A stretch of 64,000 nt of DNA from Spirochaetia bacterium. Its GTDB lineage: Bacteria > Spirochaetota > Spirochaetia > SZUA-6 > Bin103. The stretch covers positions 1,728,001-1,792,000 of the forward strand of contig CBDBDQ010000005.1 of assembly GCA_965203905.1 (NCBI GenBank), read 5' to 3'. The first letter of the stretch is position 1. Every line of letters begins with the position of its first letter. Made by a program: the position numbers and the translations under genes. Below the pieces are notes generated by a model. The model did not search any database, was not told the DNA's origin, and saw nothing but the letters and a program-made list of their open reading frames with translations. Shown piece by piece: positions 28,480 to 39,585 of the stretch.

Positions 28480-31400
28480 ATGGATACTGACGCGCTGAAC
28501 CTGTTCCATCCCGCCGTGGCGAGCTGGTTTCGCGGTGCCTTTGCCGCCCCGTCGCCGGCGCAGCGCGCGGCGTGGCCGGCCATCAAGGCCGCCAGCCACA
28601 CCCTGATCGCGGCGCCGACCGGCTCCGGCAAGACGCTGGCGGCGTTCCTGTGTGCCATCGACGAGCTGGTGCGGGAGGCCGCCGCGGGTACCCTGACGGA
28701 CGAGACCCGGGTCGTCTACGTCTCCCCGCTGAAGGCTCTCAGCAACGACATCGAGCGCAACCTGCAGGCTCCCCTGCAGGGCGTCTGCACGCTGTTGCAG
28801 AACTCCGATGCGGTCGACGCGGCGCAGATCCGCGCCGGCCTGCGTACCGGCGATACGCCGGCTTCCGTCCGCACCGCCATGACCAAGCGGCCGCCGCACA
28901 TCGTGGTCACCACGCCGGAGTCACTCTACCTGCTGCTCACCAGCGCCGGCGGCCGCGGCATGCTGGCCACCACGCGCACCGTGATCGTGGACGAGATTCA
29001 CGCCATTCTCGGCTCCAAGCGCGGCTCCCACCTGGCGCTGAGCCTGGAGCGACTGGACGCCCTCACCGTGAAACCGGTGACCCGCATCGGCCTGTCCGCA
29101 ACCCAGCGTCCCATCGCCACGGCCGCCGCCTTCCTGACCGGAATGGGGGATTGCCAGTCCGCCGCCGATCCGCCGCCGGCCTGCCGCATCGTCGACAGCG
29201 GCCACCGCCGCGCCATGGACGTGGCGCTGGAGCTGCCCGCCTCACCCCTGGAGGCGGTGATGGCGAACGAGGTGTGGGAAGAACTGTACCAGCGCCTGGC
29301 GGAGCTGATCCTGGATCACCGCACCACCCTGATCTTCGTCAACACGCGGCGCCTGGCGGAGCGCATGAGCCATGCTCTGGAGGCACTGCTGGGAGCCGAG
29401 CAGGTGGCAGCTCACCACGGCAGCCTGTCGCGTGAGCAGCGTCTGGACGCCGAGCAGCGGCTGAAGGCCGGCAACCTGCGCGTCATCGTCGCCACCGCGT
29501 CGCTGGAGCTGGGCATCGACATCGGCGTGGTCGACCTGGTGTGCCAGTTCGGCTCGCCCAAGTCGATCATGGCGTTCCTGCAGCGCGTCGGGCGCTCCGG
29601 TCACCACATCTCCGGCACCCCCAAGGGCCGGCTGTTCCCCCTTACCCGCGACGAACTGGTGGAGTGCACGGCGCTGCTGGCCGCGGCCCAGGCCGGAGAA
29701 CTGGATCGCATCAGCGTGCCGCCGCAGCCGCTGGACGTGCTGGCGCAACAGATCGTGGCCGAGGTGAGCACGCGGGAGTGGGCGACCGATGCGCTGTTCG
29801 CCGTCTGCCGGCGCGCGTATTCCTACCGCGAGCTGCCGCGCGAGCGGTTCGATTGCGTGGTGCGCATGCTGGCCGAGGGGTTCTCCACCGCGCGCGGGCG
29901 CCGCGCCGCCTACCTGCATCACGACGCCATCGGCGGCCGGGTGCGTGCCCGCCGCGGCGCCGGCCTGGCCGCGCTGACCAACGGCGGCGCGATTCCCGAC
30001 AACTTCGACTACCAGGTGCGGGTCGATCCGCAGGACCTGTTCATCGGCAGCGTCCACGAGGACTTCGCCGTGGAGAGCGTACCCGGCGACATCTTTCTGC
30101 TCGGCAACAAGTCGTGGGAGATCGTCAAGGTCGAGACCGGGGTGGTGCGGGTGGTGGATGCCGGTGGCAAGCCGCCGACCCTGCCGTTCTGGCTGGGGGA
30201 GGCCCCGGGGCGCAGCGACGAGCTGTCGCAGGCGGTGTCCGGCCTGCGGGCGCGGGTGCAGCGGCTGGTCGAGGCGGACGGCGCGGCCGCCGCCTGCCGC
30301 TGGCTGGCAGGGGAGGTGGGGCTGGATGCCGCGGCCGCGGACCAGGTGGTGGGGTACCTGCACGCCGGCATGAACGCCCTGGGCGCCATGCCCACCCATG
30401 CCACCGCGGTGATGGAGCGCTTCTTCGATGAAGCCGGCGACATGCACCTGGTGATTCACTCTCCGCGCGGCAGCCGCCTCAACCGCGCCTGGGGGCTGGC
30501 GCTGCGCAAGCGTTTCTGCCGCAACTTCAACTTCGAGCTGCAGGCGGCGGCCAATGAAGACACCCTGGTGCTGTCGCTGGGCCAGACCCACAGCTTCCCG
30601 CTGGCCGACGTGTGGCGCTACCTGAATCGCACCAGCGTGCGCGAGGTGCTGGTGCAGGCGCTGCTCGACGCACCCATGTTTCAGACCCGCTGGCGCTGGA
30701 ACGCCTCCTGCGCCCTGGCCGTGCTGCGCCAGCGCGGCGGCAAGCGGGTGGCACCCTACCTGCAGCGGATGCAGTCCGAGGACCTGTTGTCGCTGGTGTT
30801 TCCCGATCAGCTTGCCTGTCAGGAGAACCTCAGCGGCGAGCGCGAGATCCCCGACCACCCCCTGGTGACCCAGGCGATCGGCGACTGCCTGACCGAGGCG
30901 ATGGACATCGCACAGCTCGAGTCGCTGCTGGAGGAGATGGATCGGGGCGCGGTGACCCTGGTGGCGCGCGACCTGCGCGAGCCGTCTCCCTTCGCCCAGG
31001 AGATCATCAATGCGCGGCCGTACGCGTTCCTGGATGACGCGCCCCTGGAGGAGCGCCGCACGCAGGCGATTCGCAACCGGCGCTGGATCACGCCGGAGGA
31101 AGCGCGCGAGTTCGGAGCGCTCGATGCCGCCGCCATCGCCCAGGTACGTGCCGAGGCGCTGCCGCGGGTGGAAGACGCCGACGAACTGCACGATGCCCTG
31201 GAGCTGCTCACCTTCATCGACGAGGCCGAAGGGGTAGGCGCCGGATGGGAGGAGCTGTTTGCCGCCCTGGCCGGCCAGGGCCGGGCCACGCGACTGACCC
31301 TGCCCGCCACCTCCGCCGGGCCCCCCGCGGCACGCTGGATCGCGGCCGAGCGGCTGCCCCTGTGGCAGGCCCTGGTCGATCCGCTACGCTCCGAACCGGC

Positions 31401-33012
31401 GCTGCAGCTCCCGGCGGAGCTGACCGAGCGGACGTGGCGGCGCGAAGAGGCGTTGCGCGAGGTGGTGCGCGGCCGCCTGGAGGCGGCCGGCCCGATCAGC
31501 GCCGCCGCCCTGGCACGGCAGATCGGCGTGTCGCGGCAGGAGGTGGAGCTGGCGCTGCTGGCGCTGGAGATCGAAGGCGCGGTGCTGCGCGGCGAGTTCA
31601 CCGGCGGCGGCGGCGAGGAGTGGTGTGAGCGGCGCCTGCTGGCACGGATCCATCGCTACACCCTGGGTCGCCTGCGCCGCGAGATCGAGCCGCTGGCGTT
31701 CGACGACTACCTGCGGTTTCTGTTCGACTGGCAGATGGTCGCTCCCATCACCGGGCACAGCGCTGGCGAGGCGGCGGAGGGTCCGGACGCGCTGCTTGCC
31801 GTAGTCCACCAGCTCGCGGGATACGAGGCTCCCGCGGCGGCCTGGGAGGAGTGGATCCTGCCGGCGCGGGTGCCCGGCTACGACCCGGCCTGGCTCGATC
31901 TGCTGTGCGCCGGGGGCGACGTGGCGTGGGCGCGGCTACGGCCGCCGAACGGAAATCGACACGGCAACAGCGGCGGTCCGGTGGCGAGCAGCCCCATCGC
32001 GCTGCTGACGCGGGAGGAGATGCCGCTCTGGCGGAGTCCCGCATCCGTAGGGGAGGCCACGGAGACTCCGCTCAGTGCCGCCGCCGAAGCGATCTGCGCC
32101 AGCCTGCGCCGTGACGGCGCCCTGTTCCGCGACGAACTGCAGCGCGCCGCCGGTTTGCTGCCGGCGCAGGTGGACACCGCGCTGGGGGAACTGGCTGCGG
32201 CAGGTATCGTCACCTGCGACAGCTTCGCCGGGCTGCGCACGTTGATCCGGCCGGCGCCACGCGGCGCGGTGGAACGACGCGCCGCGCGGGTGGGCGGGGC
32301 GCTCGGCGCGGGCCGCGGCGTGGCCGGTGGGCCGCGGCGGTTGGCGGCCGTCCCCGCCGGCGGGCCGCGCGCCGGCGGCCGGCGCCTGGAGCGCACGGGC
32401 CGCTGGAGCCTGCTGCCGCGGCCGGCGCAGCACGGCGAAGAACGCCCGGCGTCGGAGCTGGAGAGCATCGCGTTGCGTCTCCTGGAACGGTACGGGGTGG
32501 TGTTCCGGCGCATCCTGGAGCGGGAGTCGCTGGCGCCGTCGTGGCGCGAGCTGGTCTCCGTGTACCGGCGGCTCGAGGCGCGCGGCCAGATTCGCGGCGG
32601 CTACTTCGTAAGCGGGGTGGGCGGCGAGCAGTTTGCCCTGGCCGAGGCGATCGCCAGGATGCGCGCCGTGCGCCGGAGCGCACCGTCCGGCGAGCTGCGA
32701 GTGCTGGCGGCGGTCGATCCAGCCGGCGGTATCGGCCTCCGGGTGCACCCGGCTCGGGAGCGGCAACGGGTGGCCGGCGTGCGCGGGAATCGGATCCTGT
32801 ACCGCGATGGAGTGCCGCTGGCGGTGCGTGAGGCGGGTGCCGTCCGGCTCCTCGACGGCGTCGCTGCGGCCCTGTCGGAAGCGGAGCGCTGGGAGCTGCA
32901 ACGGCTGTTGCTGGCCCGCGACCCGCGCCGGGCACGCCGTGTCGCCGCGCACCTGCATGCGGTCGCCGCGCAGCGAGAGGCAGGTTCCGTGCCCGCCGCG
33001 CCCGCATCGTAA
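28480..33012 (+). CDS. lhr: Lhr family SF2 helicase, long form with C-terminal winged-helix/glycosylase-like region
   Basis: 'APTGSGKT', '[10 protein letters not shown]', 'TTPESL', 'DEIH', 'GLSAT', 'SLELGIDIG', 'QRVGRSGH', C-terminal '[10 protein letters not shown]...[13 protein letters not shown]'. Confidence 0.93.
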   Translation: MDTDALNLFHPAVASWFRGAFAAPSPAQRAAWPAIKAASHTLIAAPTGSGKTLAAFLCAIDELVREAAAGTLTDETRVVYVSPLKALSNDIERNLQAPLQGVCTLLQNSDAVDAAQIRAGLRTGDTPASVRTAMTKRPPHIVVTTPESLYLLLTSAGGRGMLATTRTVIVDEIHAILGSKRGSHLALSLERLDALTVKPVTRIGLSATQRPIATAAAFLTGMGDCQSAADPPPACRIVDSGHRRAMDVALELPASPLEAVMANEVWEELYQRLAELILDHRTTLIFVNTRRLAERMSHALEALLGAEQVAAHHGSLSREQRLDAEQRLKAGNLRVIVATASLELGIDIGVVDLVCQFGSPKSIMAFLQRVGRSGHHISGTPKGRLFPLTRDELVECTALLAAAQAGELDRISVPPQPLDVLAQQIVAEVSTREWATDALFAVCRRAYSYRELPRERFDCVVRMLAEGFSTARGRRAAYLHHDAIGGRVRARRGAGLAALTNGGAIPDNFDYQVRVDPQDLFIGSVHEDFAVESVPGDIFLLGNKSWEIVKVETGVVRVVDAGGKPPTLPFWLGEAPGRSDELSQAVSGLRARVQRLVEADGAAAACRWLAGEVGLDAAAADQVVGYLHAGMNALGAMPTHATAVMERFFDEAGDMHLVIHSPRGSRLNRAWGLALRKRFCRNFNFELQAAANEDTLVLSLGQTHSFPLADVWRYLNRTSVREVLVQALLDAPMFQTRWRWNASCALAVLRQRGGKRVAPYLQRMQSEDLLSLVFPDQLACQENLSGEREIPDHPLVTQAIGDCLTEAMDIAQLESLLEEMDRGAVTLVARDLREPSPFAQEIINARPYAFLDDAPLEERRTQAIRNRRWITPEEAREFGALDAAAIAQVRAEALPRVEDADELHDALELLTFIDEAEGVGAGWEELFAALAGQGRATRLTLPATSAGPPAARWIAAERLPLWQALVDPLRSEPALQLPAELTERTWRREEALREVVRGRLEAAGPISAAALARQIGVSRQEVELALLALEIEGAVLRGEFTGGGGEEWCERRLLARIHRYTLGRLRREIEPLAFDDYLRFLFDWQMVAPITGHSAGEAAEGPDALLAVVHQLAGYEAPAAAWEEWILPARVPGYDPAWLDLLCAGGDVAWARLRPPNGNRHGNSGGPVASSPIALLTREEMPLWRSPASVGEATETPLSAAAEAICASLRRDGALFRDELQRAAGLLPAQVDTALGELAAAGIVTCDSFAGLRTLIRPAPRGAVERRAARVGGALGAGRGVAGGPRRLAAVPAGGPRAGGRRLERTGRWSLLPRPAQHGEERPASELESIALRLLERYGVVFRRILERESLAPSWRELVSVYRRLEARGQIRGGYFVSGVGGEQFALAEAIARMRAVRRSAPSGELRVLAAVDPAGGIGLRVHPARERQRVAGVRGNRILYRDGVPLAVREAGAVRLLDGVAAALSEAERWELQRLLLARDPRRARRVAAHLHAVAAQREAGSVPAAPAS

Positions 33013-33020
33013 CTGCGAGG

Positions 33021-33050
33021 TTGCATTACCCCGGTCGAAAACCGTAGATT
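33021..33050 (+). promoter_or_regulatory. Putative sigma70 promoter of the men operon
   Basis: TTGCAT, 18-nt spacer, TAGATT, 10 nt before ATG 33060. Confidence 0.45.
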
Positions 33051-33059
33051 CTCACAGGA

Positions 33060-33806
33060 ATGGCTCCGGTCGCGGGCACCTCCGGCGTGCCATTGCTGGT
33101 GCGCACACGCGCTGCGGATCGGATCGGCGCCATGTTTGACGGAATTGCCCGTCGCTACGACGTTCTGAATCGCGTGCTGTCGCTGCAGCGCGATCAGCGT
33201 TGGCGCAGATTGGCAGCGCAGTTGGTATTGGCCGCTCATCCCCGCACGGTTCTCGACATAGCTACCGGCACCGCAGATCTGCCCCTGATACTCGCGGCGC
33301 TCGATCCGCGCCTTCGCGTGACCGGGATCGACATCGCAGGCGAGATGCTGGCGCGGGGACGCGCCAAGGTGCGCCGCCAAGGGGCCGGCGGGCGCATCGA
33401 CCTGCGTCAGGGCGACGCTCTGGCGTTACCGTCCGCCGCGGCGAGCGTGGACGCGGTCACCATCGCCTTCGGGATCCGCAACGTGGCCGACTACCGTACC
33501 GCGTTGCGCGAGATGTACCGCGTCCTGCGGCCATCCGGATCGGTCACGATCCTGGAGTTCTCGCTGCCGCCGCACCCCCTCGTACGCCTCACGTATCTGC
33601 TCTACTTCCGCCACCTGTTGCCCGCCGTCGGCGGTCTGATCTCGGGCAACCGCACCGCGTATCGCTACTTGAACCGCTCGGTAGAGTCGTTTCCCGGCGC
33701 CGAGGAGTTCGCCCGTCTGCTCACCGCCGTCGGCTTCGAACGGGTCCGGCGGCTGGCGCTGACATTCGGGATCGCGGCGATCTACCACGCGCGCAAGCCG
33801 GCCTGA
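33060..33806 (+). CDS. menG: Demethylmenaquinone methyltransferase (UbiE/MenG)
   Basis: 'MFDGIARRYDVLNRVLS', 'LDIATGTAD', 'IAFGIRNV', 'YRYLNRS'. Confidence 0.9.
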   Translation: MAPVAGTSGVPLLVRTRAADRIGAMFDGIARRYDVLNRVLSLQRDQRWRRLAAQLVLAAHPRTVLDIATGTADLPLILAALDPRLRVTGIDIAGEMLARGRAKVRRQGAGGRIDLRQGDALALPSAAASVDAVTIAFGIRNVADYRTALREMYRVLRPSGSVTILEFSLPPHPLVRLTYLLYFRHLLPAVGGLISGNRTAYRYLNRSVESFPGAEEFARLLTAVGFERVRRLALTFGIAAIYHARKPA

Positions 33807-35255
33807 ATGATGCCCGTGTCGCGGCACCGACTCGCGCCCGCTGCCACGCCGCCCGACCGCCGGCTCGAGCGCGCTCTGCAGGCCCTTTGTCCGGGGTCCT
33901 GGCACTGGTGCGAGCGGTATCCGGGCGCGGTTTGCCACCGCGCCGAGCTGGCACTGGGCGGAGCGGATCCCCTCACCTTTCTCCGTCACCTCGCCGCCGA
34001 CGGCAGTCTGCCGTGGGGCGGTGGCTGCTACTGGTCGGATCGCAGTCACACCCTGCAGTGCGCGGGAGTGGGGAGTGCGGCCGAGGTGACCGGTGAAGAC
34101 GGCATTCCGTTTACCGAGGTGTGTGCCGCCGTGGCAGCGCTGATCGGGAGCCCGCGGCAACGGCTCTACGGGGGGTTCCGGTTCCGTGGCGGGCAGCGGG
34201 CCCACGGCGAGGAGCCGTGGTGGACGCCGTTCGGGAGCTACCGCTTCACCCTGCCTCGGATCGAGTTGGCGCGGACCCCGGCGGGCACCACCCTGGCGTG
34301 CAACTTCCGTCACGACGAACAGGATGCGGCCGGCTTGCCGCACGACCTGGCCGCCCGCTGCCGCGCGGCGGTGCAGGCGGCATTGGCCGGGCCGGCCGCC
34401 CCGCAGGGACGCCCGAACCCGGTAGCCGCGTGCAGCCACGTGCCGGATCAATCGCGCTGGCGGCAACTCGTCGCCGCGGTGCTGCGGCGCTTTGGAAGCT
34501 GCCTCGACGGCGGCAGCGATCCGCTGGAGAAGATCGTGTTGGCGCGCAGGACGACGCTGCAGTTCGCCGCCCGCATCTGCGCGCTTACCCTGCTGCAGCG
34601 GCTGCGGACGGTGAACCCGGCGGCCTACCACTTCGCGCTGCAGCCGCCTTCCGGCGTCACGTTCTTCGGTGCCTCGCCGGAGCGGTTGTTGCGCATCTCC
34701 GGTGACACCGTGGAAACGGAAGCGTTGGCCGGTACCCGGCCCCGCGGCGACAGCGCGGCGGCGGACGCACGGCTGGAAGCAGAGTTGCTGCGCTCGGACA
34801 AGGAGTTGCGCGAACACCGGTACGTCCATGCCAGCATCGCCCGCAGCCTGCGCGAACTGTGCAGCCGGGTGTCCACCCAGGATGTGGTCCGGGTACGCAA
34901 GCTGGCTCACGTTCAGCACCTGCACACCTCGTTCAGCGGCACGCTGCGGCCGGGAGTAGGGTTGGCCGAGGTCCTGCAGCGGCTGCACCCGACCCCTGCG
35001 GTCGGCGGCTACCCCACCTGTGGGGTCAGCGACCTGATCGCCGCCACCGAGGCGTTCGACCGCGGCTGGTACGCCGGTCCGGTTGGCTGGATCGGTGCCG
35101 GCGCCGCGGAGTTCGCCGTGGGAATCCGCGCCGGCGTGGCCGACGGCGACACGCTCCATCTCTACGCCGGGAATGGGATCGTGCGCGGCTCGACGGCGGA
35201 CGCGGAGTGGGCGGAGATGGAACAGAAGATTCTTCAGATCCTGGACGTAGTCTGA
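33807..35255 (+). CDS. menF: Isochorismate synthase
   Basis: 'EKIVLAR', 'FFGASPERL', 'EALAGT', 'KELREH', 'LHPTPAVGG', 'RGWYAGP'. Directly upstream of menD. Confidence 0.9.
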   Translation: MMPVSRHRLAPAATPPDRRLERALQALCPGSWHWCERYPGAVCHRAELALGGADPLTFLRHLAADGSLPWGGGCYWSDRSHTLQCAGVGSAAEVTGEDGIPFTEVCAAVAALIGSPRQRLYGGFRFRGGQRAHGEEPWWTPFGSYRFTLPRIELARTPAGTTLACNFRHDEQDAAGLPHDLAARCRAAVQAALAGPAAPQGRPNPVAACSHVPDQSRWRQLVAAVLRRFGSCLDGGSDPLEKIVLARRTTLQFAARICALTLLQRLRTVNPAAYHFALQPPSGVTFFGASPERLLRISGDTVETEALAGTRPRGDSAAADARLEAELLRSDKELREHRYVHASIARSLRELCSRVSTQDVVRVRKLAHVQHLHTSFSGTLRPGVGLAEVLQRLHPTPAVGGYPTCGVSDLIAATEAFDRGWYAGPVGWIGAGAAEFAVGIRAGVADGDTLHLYAGNGIVRGSTADAEWAEMEQKILQILDVV

Positions 35256-35269
35256 ACGGAACGGCATGC

Positions 35270-37066
35270 GTGGGTGACGGCGGCGGCAGCAACAGCCACT
35301 GGGCCCAGCTCCTGGTCGAGGAGCTGACGCGCTGCGGCTGCCGTTACTTTCTCATCTCTCCGGGGTCGCGCTCGACGCCGCTGGTGGTCGCCGCCGCGCG
35401 CCACCCGGCAGTGACCGCGCGCGTCTGTCTGGAGGAACGTGGCGCCGCCTTCCATGCCGTGGGTTACGGGCGCGCCGCCGGCCGGCCCGCGGTGCTGGTG
35501 TGCACCTCCGGCACGGCACTCGCCAACTACCTGCCGGCGGTGGTGGAGGCCGCCCAGGACCAGGTCCCGCTGCTGGTGCTGAGCGCGGACCGGCCACCCG
35601 AGCTGCAGGATACCGGCGCCAACCAGACGATCGCACAGCGCGGCATATTCGGCGGATACACCCGCTGGAGTGGCGAGCTTCCCGCGCCGACGCCGCGCAT
35701 CGATCCGCGGGTGGTGCTGACGACCGTCGATCAGGCGGTGTTTCGCGCCACCGCCGACGCGCCCGGACCGGTGCACCTCAACTGCCCGTTCCGCGAGCCG
35801 CTGGAACCGGAACCGCTTCCCGAGCCGCTGGTCGCGGGGCCCGCCGCTGCGCGCTGGCGCACCGGCGGCGAACCGTTCACCACCTATCGCACGCCGGCGG
35901 GCACCGAAGCGCGGGCCGCGCCTCCGGCCACTGCCGCGGCGCCGCCTGAGGAGCCGGTGTCTGCGCTCCTGAGCCTGGTTGCGGAGAGCCGGCAGGGCTT
36001 GCTGGTGGCAGGCGGCCTGCCGCAAGGTTGCGCCGGCGCCGTCGAGGCGCTGGCGGCCCGCCTGGGGTGGCCGCTGCTCGGCGACATCACCAGTGGTGTC
36101 CGCGGCACGCCGGGACTGCAACTTCTGCTGCAGTGCGCGGCTGGACGCGAACTGCTGCACCCGGACTGCGTGCTGCACTTCGGCACCCGCGTCGTGGCCA
36201 GACAGTACCAGGAGCTGCTCGCCGCCGCGGCGCCGCGGTTGGCACAGGTGGCGGCCGCCCCGGACCGCCTCGATCCCAGCCACTCGGCGGCGCTACGTAT
36301 CGTGGCCGACCCGCGCCGGGTGGCGGATCAGCTTCACCGGCGCATTCCGAAGCGGCCCGTGTCTGCCCATGCCGGCGCGGTCCAGGCTGCCGCGGCTCGG
36401 GCGCGGCAGGCGCTGGCCGTATTGGGCGCCGGCCGCCGTGCCCCTTCCGAGCCAGCCGTTGCGGCCGCGGTGGCCGCGGCGGCCACGGGGCCGCCGGCGT
36501 GTGGGCTGTTCGGCGCCAGCAGCATGCCGATCCGCGACCTCGACACGTTCGCAACGCCGCTGCCGCCGGGCGTGACGGTGGCGGCCAACCGCGGCGCCAG
36601 CGGCATAGACGGTGCCGTGGCCAGTGCGGCGGGCTTTGCCGCCGGGCTGCAAGCTCCGGTGATTGCACTCCTTGGCGATCTTTCGCTGCTGCACGATCTA
36701 CCGTCTCTCAGTCAACTTCCGGATGTCGCCCCAGGCCTCGTCATCGTGGTGATCAACAATCGGGGAGGTGGGATTTTCTCGCTATTGCCCTTGGCGCAGA
36801 TCGAGGAGGCGGGATTCGAAGAACTGTTCGAACGCTACTTCGCAACGCCCCACGAGGTGGCGTTCCGCGAACTGGCGGCGACGTTCAGCATGCACTATGC
36901 ACGGCCACGAACAGTTGCCGAACTGGAGCGGCACCTCGCCGTCGCCACCGTTCGTGCCGGGCAAGGCGCCGACACCCTGCTCGAAGTCACCACCGAACGG
37001 GCGGCCAACGCCTCCCTGCATGCTGAGCTGCGCGACCTGGTAGAGCGCGCAGTACGTGAACGCTAG
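35270..37066 (+). CDS. menD: SEPHCHC synthase
   Basis: 'ISPGSRSTPL', 'ERGAAF', 'TSGTA.AN', 'ADRPPEL', 'NRGASGIDG', 'GDLSLLHD', 'NNRGGGIF'. GTG start at 35270. Confidence 0.95.
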   Translation: MGDGGGSNSHWAQLLVEELTRCGCRYFLISPGSRSTPLVVAAARHPAVTARVCLEERGAAFHAVGYGRAAGRPAVLVCTSGTALANYLPAVVEAAQDQVPLLVLSADRPPELQDTGANQTIAQRGIFGGYTRWSGELPAPTPRIDPRVVLTTVDQAVFRATADAPGPVHLNCPFREPLEPEPLPEPLVAGPAAARWRTGGEPFTTYRTPAGTEARAAPPATAAAPPEEPVSALLSLVAESRQGLLVAGGLPQGCAGAVEALAARLGWPLLGDITSGVRGTPGLQLLLQCAAGRELLHPDCVLHFGTRVVARQYQELLAAAAPRLAQVAAAPDRLDPSHSAALRIVADPRRVADQLHRRIPKRPVSAHAGAVQAAAARARQALAVLGAGRRAPSEPAVAAAVAAAATGPPACGLFGASSMPIRDLDTFATPLPPGVTVAANRGASGIDGAVASAAGFAAGLQAPVIALLGDLSLLHDLPSLSQLPDVAPGLVIVVINNRGGGIFSLLPLAQIEEAGFEELFERYFATPHEVAFRELAATFSMHYARPRTVAELERHLAVATVRAGQGADTLLEVTTERAANASLHAELRDLVERAVRER

Positions 37067-37069
37067 CGG

Positions 37070-37657
37070 CTACGCCGCCGGCAGCAGGGACTCGGCCTGA
37101 TTCACGACGGCACGCAGCAGCGACTCGTCGGGCCGGCTCCGCACCAGCACCTGCATGCCGAGAAACAGACTGAGCAGGCAACGCGCCGCCTGAGTCGCAT
37201 CTACCTGCCGCGCGATCTCGGCGCTGGCGATGCCGCGCTCGACCGCACTGCGGAAGCTGGCCTCCAACTCGGTGAGCGCGCCACGTACCATCGCAGCTAC
37301 CTCGAGGTCACTCGGAAGCAGTTCCATCGCCGTGCTGATGAGCAGATTGTGGTCGTCTGACCGCTCCACGCCAACTTCCGTGACCAGCGATTCAAAGACG
37401 TCGATTATCGCTTGGCGCGGTGCGGACGCCTCGGTCAGATCCGACAACCCGGCAGATGGAGAGACCTGGCCGTCGTGGCGCAGGGCCTGCAGAAACAGGG
37501 CATGCTTGTCACCGAAGGTAGCGTATACGCTGCTCCGGCTGACCCCCGTATGCTTCGCTATGTCCCGCATCGAGGTGGCCCGGTAGCCGCGTGCCCGGAA
37601 CAACTCCAAGGCCTTGGTCAGAGCATACTCGACGGTGAAGGTCTTTTTCCTCGGCAT
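37070..37657 (-). CDS. TetR/AcrR family regulator (ComR/NemR-like), copy 1
   Basis: 'FRARGYRATSMRDI...GVSRSSVYATFGDKHALF'. Confidence 0.92.
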   Translation of the reverse strand: MPRKKTFTVEYALTKALELFRARGYRATSMRDIAKHTGVSRSSVYATFGDKHALFLQALRHDGQVSPSAGLSDLTEASAPRQAIIDVFESLVTEVGVERSDDHNLLISTAMELLPSDLEVAAMVRGALTELEASFRSAVERGIASAEIARQVDATQAARCLLSLFLGMQVLVRSRPDESLLRAVVNQAESLLPAA

Positions 37658-37700
37658 GGCATTTTTCCAGTCGGCTGATCTTGTTGCGCAGCAACATCCT

Positions 37701-37724
37701 TAGACCGACCGTTCCAGATTACCA
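37701..37724 (-). promoter_or_regulatory. Putative TetR operator overlapping an extended -10
   Basis: Imperfect palindrome TAGACCGACCGTTCCA (37701-37716), resembling the NemR-type box. Adjacent minus-strand TGgTAATCT. Confidence 0.5.
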
Positions 37725-37865
37725 TGTCCGATGAAGAAGGCACAAGCGGTCGCTGGTTGGACTAGGTTGGACTGGTTGGACGGATCTCGTCGGTCACGGT
37801 CAAGCTGGTCCAATAGCGTTCCGAGGCGACGGGGTTCGGGCGCTGAGTGCGCCTGAACTGGTGCT

Positions 37866-38447
37866 TTATTGCAGCAGAGCCTCGGCCTGATGCTTGATCG
37901 CGCGCAGCAACGACTCTTCCGGTCGACTCCTGGCTAGAACCTGCAACCCGATCATCAGGCCGAGCAGCGAGCGCGCGGTGCGGTCAGGGTCCACGCTCCG
38001 GCCGATCTCGCCGGCTTTCTGTCCCTGTTCGATCAGGCTGCGGAAACCGTTCTCGATGCGCGTGAGGCCCTGGGTCACGAGGGCGGCGACCTCCCGATCG
38101 TGCGGCGACAGTTCCAGCGCCGTGTTGATCAGGAAACAACCGTTGCGGGTAGTGTCGTCCAGGGCCCGTTCGACAGCGTTCTCGAATGTGCTCGATATGG
38201 CCGCAAGCGGAGACGGCGCATGCGCCAGCATCGACACCGCTCCGGTGTGACACAGACCCATGTAGTAGCGGAGGGACTGCAGGAACAGACCGTGCTTGCT
38301 ACCGAAGGTATCGTAGATGCTGCCGCGTCCGATGCCCATGCAGTCGACGAGATCCTGCATCGACGTGGGGGCGTAGCCGTGTTTCCAGAACATGTGCATC
38401 GCGCTGGTCACGGCTTCCTCGATCTTGAATTGCTTCGTTCTGGGCAT
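37866..38447 (-). CDS. TetR/AcrR family regulator (ComR/NemR-like), copy 2
   Basis: 'FWKHGYAPTSMQDL...GIGRGSIYDTFGSKHGLF', 'GCFLINTALEL'. Confidence 0.92.
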   Translation of the reverse strand: MPRTKQFKIEEAVTSAMHMFWKHGYAPTSMQDLVDCMGIGRGSIYDTFGSKHGLFLQSLRYYMGLCHTGAVSMLAHAPSPLAAISSTFENAVERALDDTTRNGCFLINTALELSPHDREVAALVTQGLTRIENGFRSLIEQGQKAGEIGRSVDPDRTARSLLGLMIGLQVLARSRPEESLLRAIKHQAEALLQ

Positions 38448-38573
38448 GACGTGATTCTTGGATGACCTGTCTTGGGTTCTATCTGGGTCGCCCAAGCAGT
38501 ATAGCTTACTCTCGGTATCGTGTCACGCGCGATCAGGTAATCTACGCTTCCTGAATAGCGTGTACAGAACGCT

Positions 38574-38700
38574 TCACGCCACCCGGCCGGTGCCGCCGTC
38601 CAGGATACGGACGCAGACGTCCGCCATCGACTCCGGCTCGGTGATCACCTCGGCGCGCCCGTCGCCGTCGATGTCGTGGATCGCCACCGGCCCTGGGGAG
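38574..38700 (-). pseudogene. Fragment of an FG-GAP/VCBS Ca-binding repeat protein (polysaccharide lyase-like)
   Basis: 'VAIHDIDGDGRAEVI...VRILDGGTG' with no proper start. Confidence 0.45.
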
Positions 38701-38706
38701 CGGGGC

Positions 38707-39507
38707 TCAACGTTCCCGGCGCGGGTGCAGCAACGGCAGATGGCGGTCGTCGTCGAGGGGGTCGCCTGGCTGCAGCCGCTGCGCCAGCTCCGCCGGCAGG
38801 GCCGCGGGGTGACCGTTGTAGGTGCTGTCACCCGGCATGAACAGGAAGCCGAAGGCCCGCCGCCGGTGGCTGGTCATGTTGGGTCCGGCGGCGTGGGCCA
38901 GCATGCCATTGATGAAGATGCCGGCGCCGGCGCGCACCTCCGCCACCGACGGGTCGTTCCTCGCCCAGTCCGGAAAGGCGCGGAACAGGCCGCCCACGTT
39001 GGCGCTGGCGAGGTCGGCCTGGACCCCGACGTCGCCCTGCAGGTGGGTGCCGTCCAGGAAGTAGAGGCAGCCGTTCTGCACGCTGGCGTCGTCGAGGGCG
39101 ACCCACAGCATGATGGCGGCGCGGCTGTAAAACGGATCGTAGGGGTTGTCGATGTGCCAGTTGGTCGGGTTGCCCCACGGCGGCTTGTACAGCGCGTGGT
39201 CGTGGTACAGGCGGATCGAATCCACGCCGGCCAGCTCCGCCGCCATCGGCCCCAGCGGGCTGTCGAGTATCAGCCCTTCCACGGCCGCATTGCTCTTCCA
39301 CAGGTTCACGCACTGGGTGAACACGTTGCGGTAGTAATCTTCGTCCTCCGCGCCGTCGTGGCCGGCCTGCGCTACCCGCTCGGCCACCGCGGCGTCCACG
39401 GCCGTGCGCCAGGCCGCAAGCTCGGCCGCATCCAGCAGGTCATCCACCACCAGGAAGCCGCGTCGGCGGTAGGAGGCGATGCGCGGTTCGGTCAGCGTGC
39501 AATTCAT
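38707..39507 (-). CDS. Phytanoyl-CoA dioxygenase (PhyH) family Fe(II)/2OG oxygenase
   Basis: 'YRRRGFLVV', HxD in 'WHIDN', 'WVALDD...NGCL', distal 'HAAGPN'. Confidence 0.9.
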   Translation of the reverse strand: MNCTLTEPRIASYRRRGFLVVDDLLDAAELAAWRTAVDAAVAERVAQAGHDGAEDEDYYRNVFTQCVNLWKSNAAVEGLILDSPLGPMAAELAGVDSIRLYHDHALYKPPWGNPTNWHIDNPYDPFYSRAAIMLWVALDDASVQNGCLYFLDGTHLQGDVGVQADLASANVGGLFRAFPDWARNDPSVAEVRAGAGIFINGMLAHAAGPNMTSHRRRAFGFLFMPGDSTYNGHPAALPAELAQRLQPGDPLDDDRHLPLLHPRRER

Positions 39508-39585
39508 CCCATCGGCACCTGCAACCTAGCGTAGCATATCGCTGACAGGCGCGCCGCGAGCTCCATTTTTTCGCATTGTTAAGAG

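Noticed and set aside
28480-33012. Lhr helicase as the partner of the DUF2791 ATPases (Shango/BREX-like)
   Set aside because: It is about 27 kb away, on the other strand, has host-like GC content and the long housekeeping Lhr architecture. No TerB-like gene is present.
37753-37781. Three short GGTTGGAC tandem copies between the TetR genes
   Set aside because: Only three 9-10 nt units; cannot be distinguished from local slippage.
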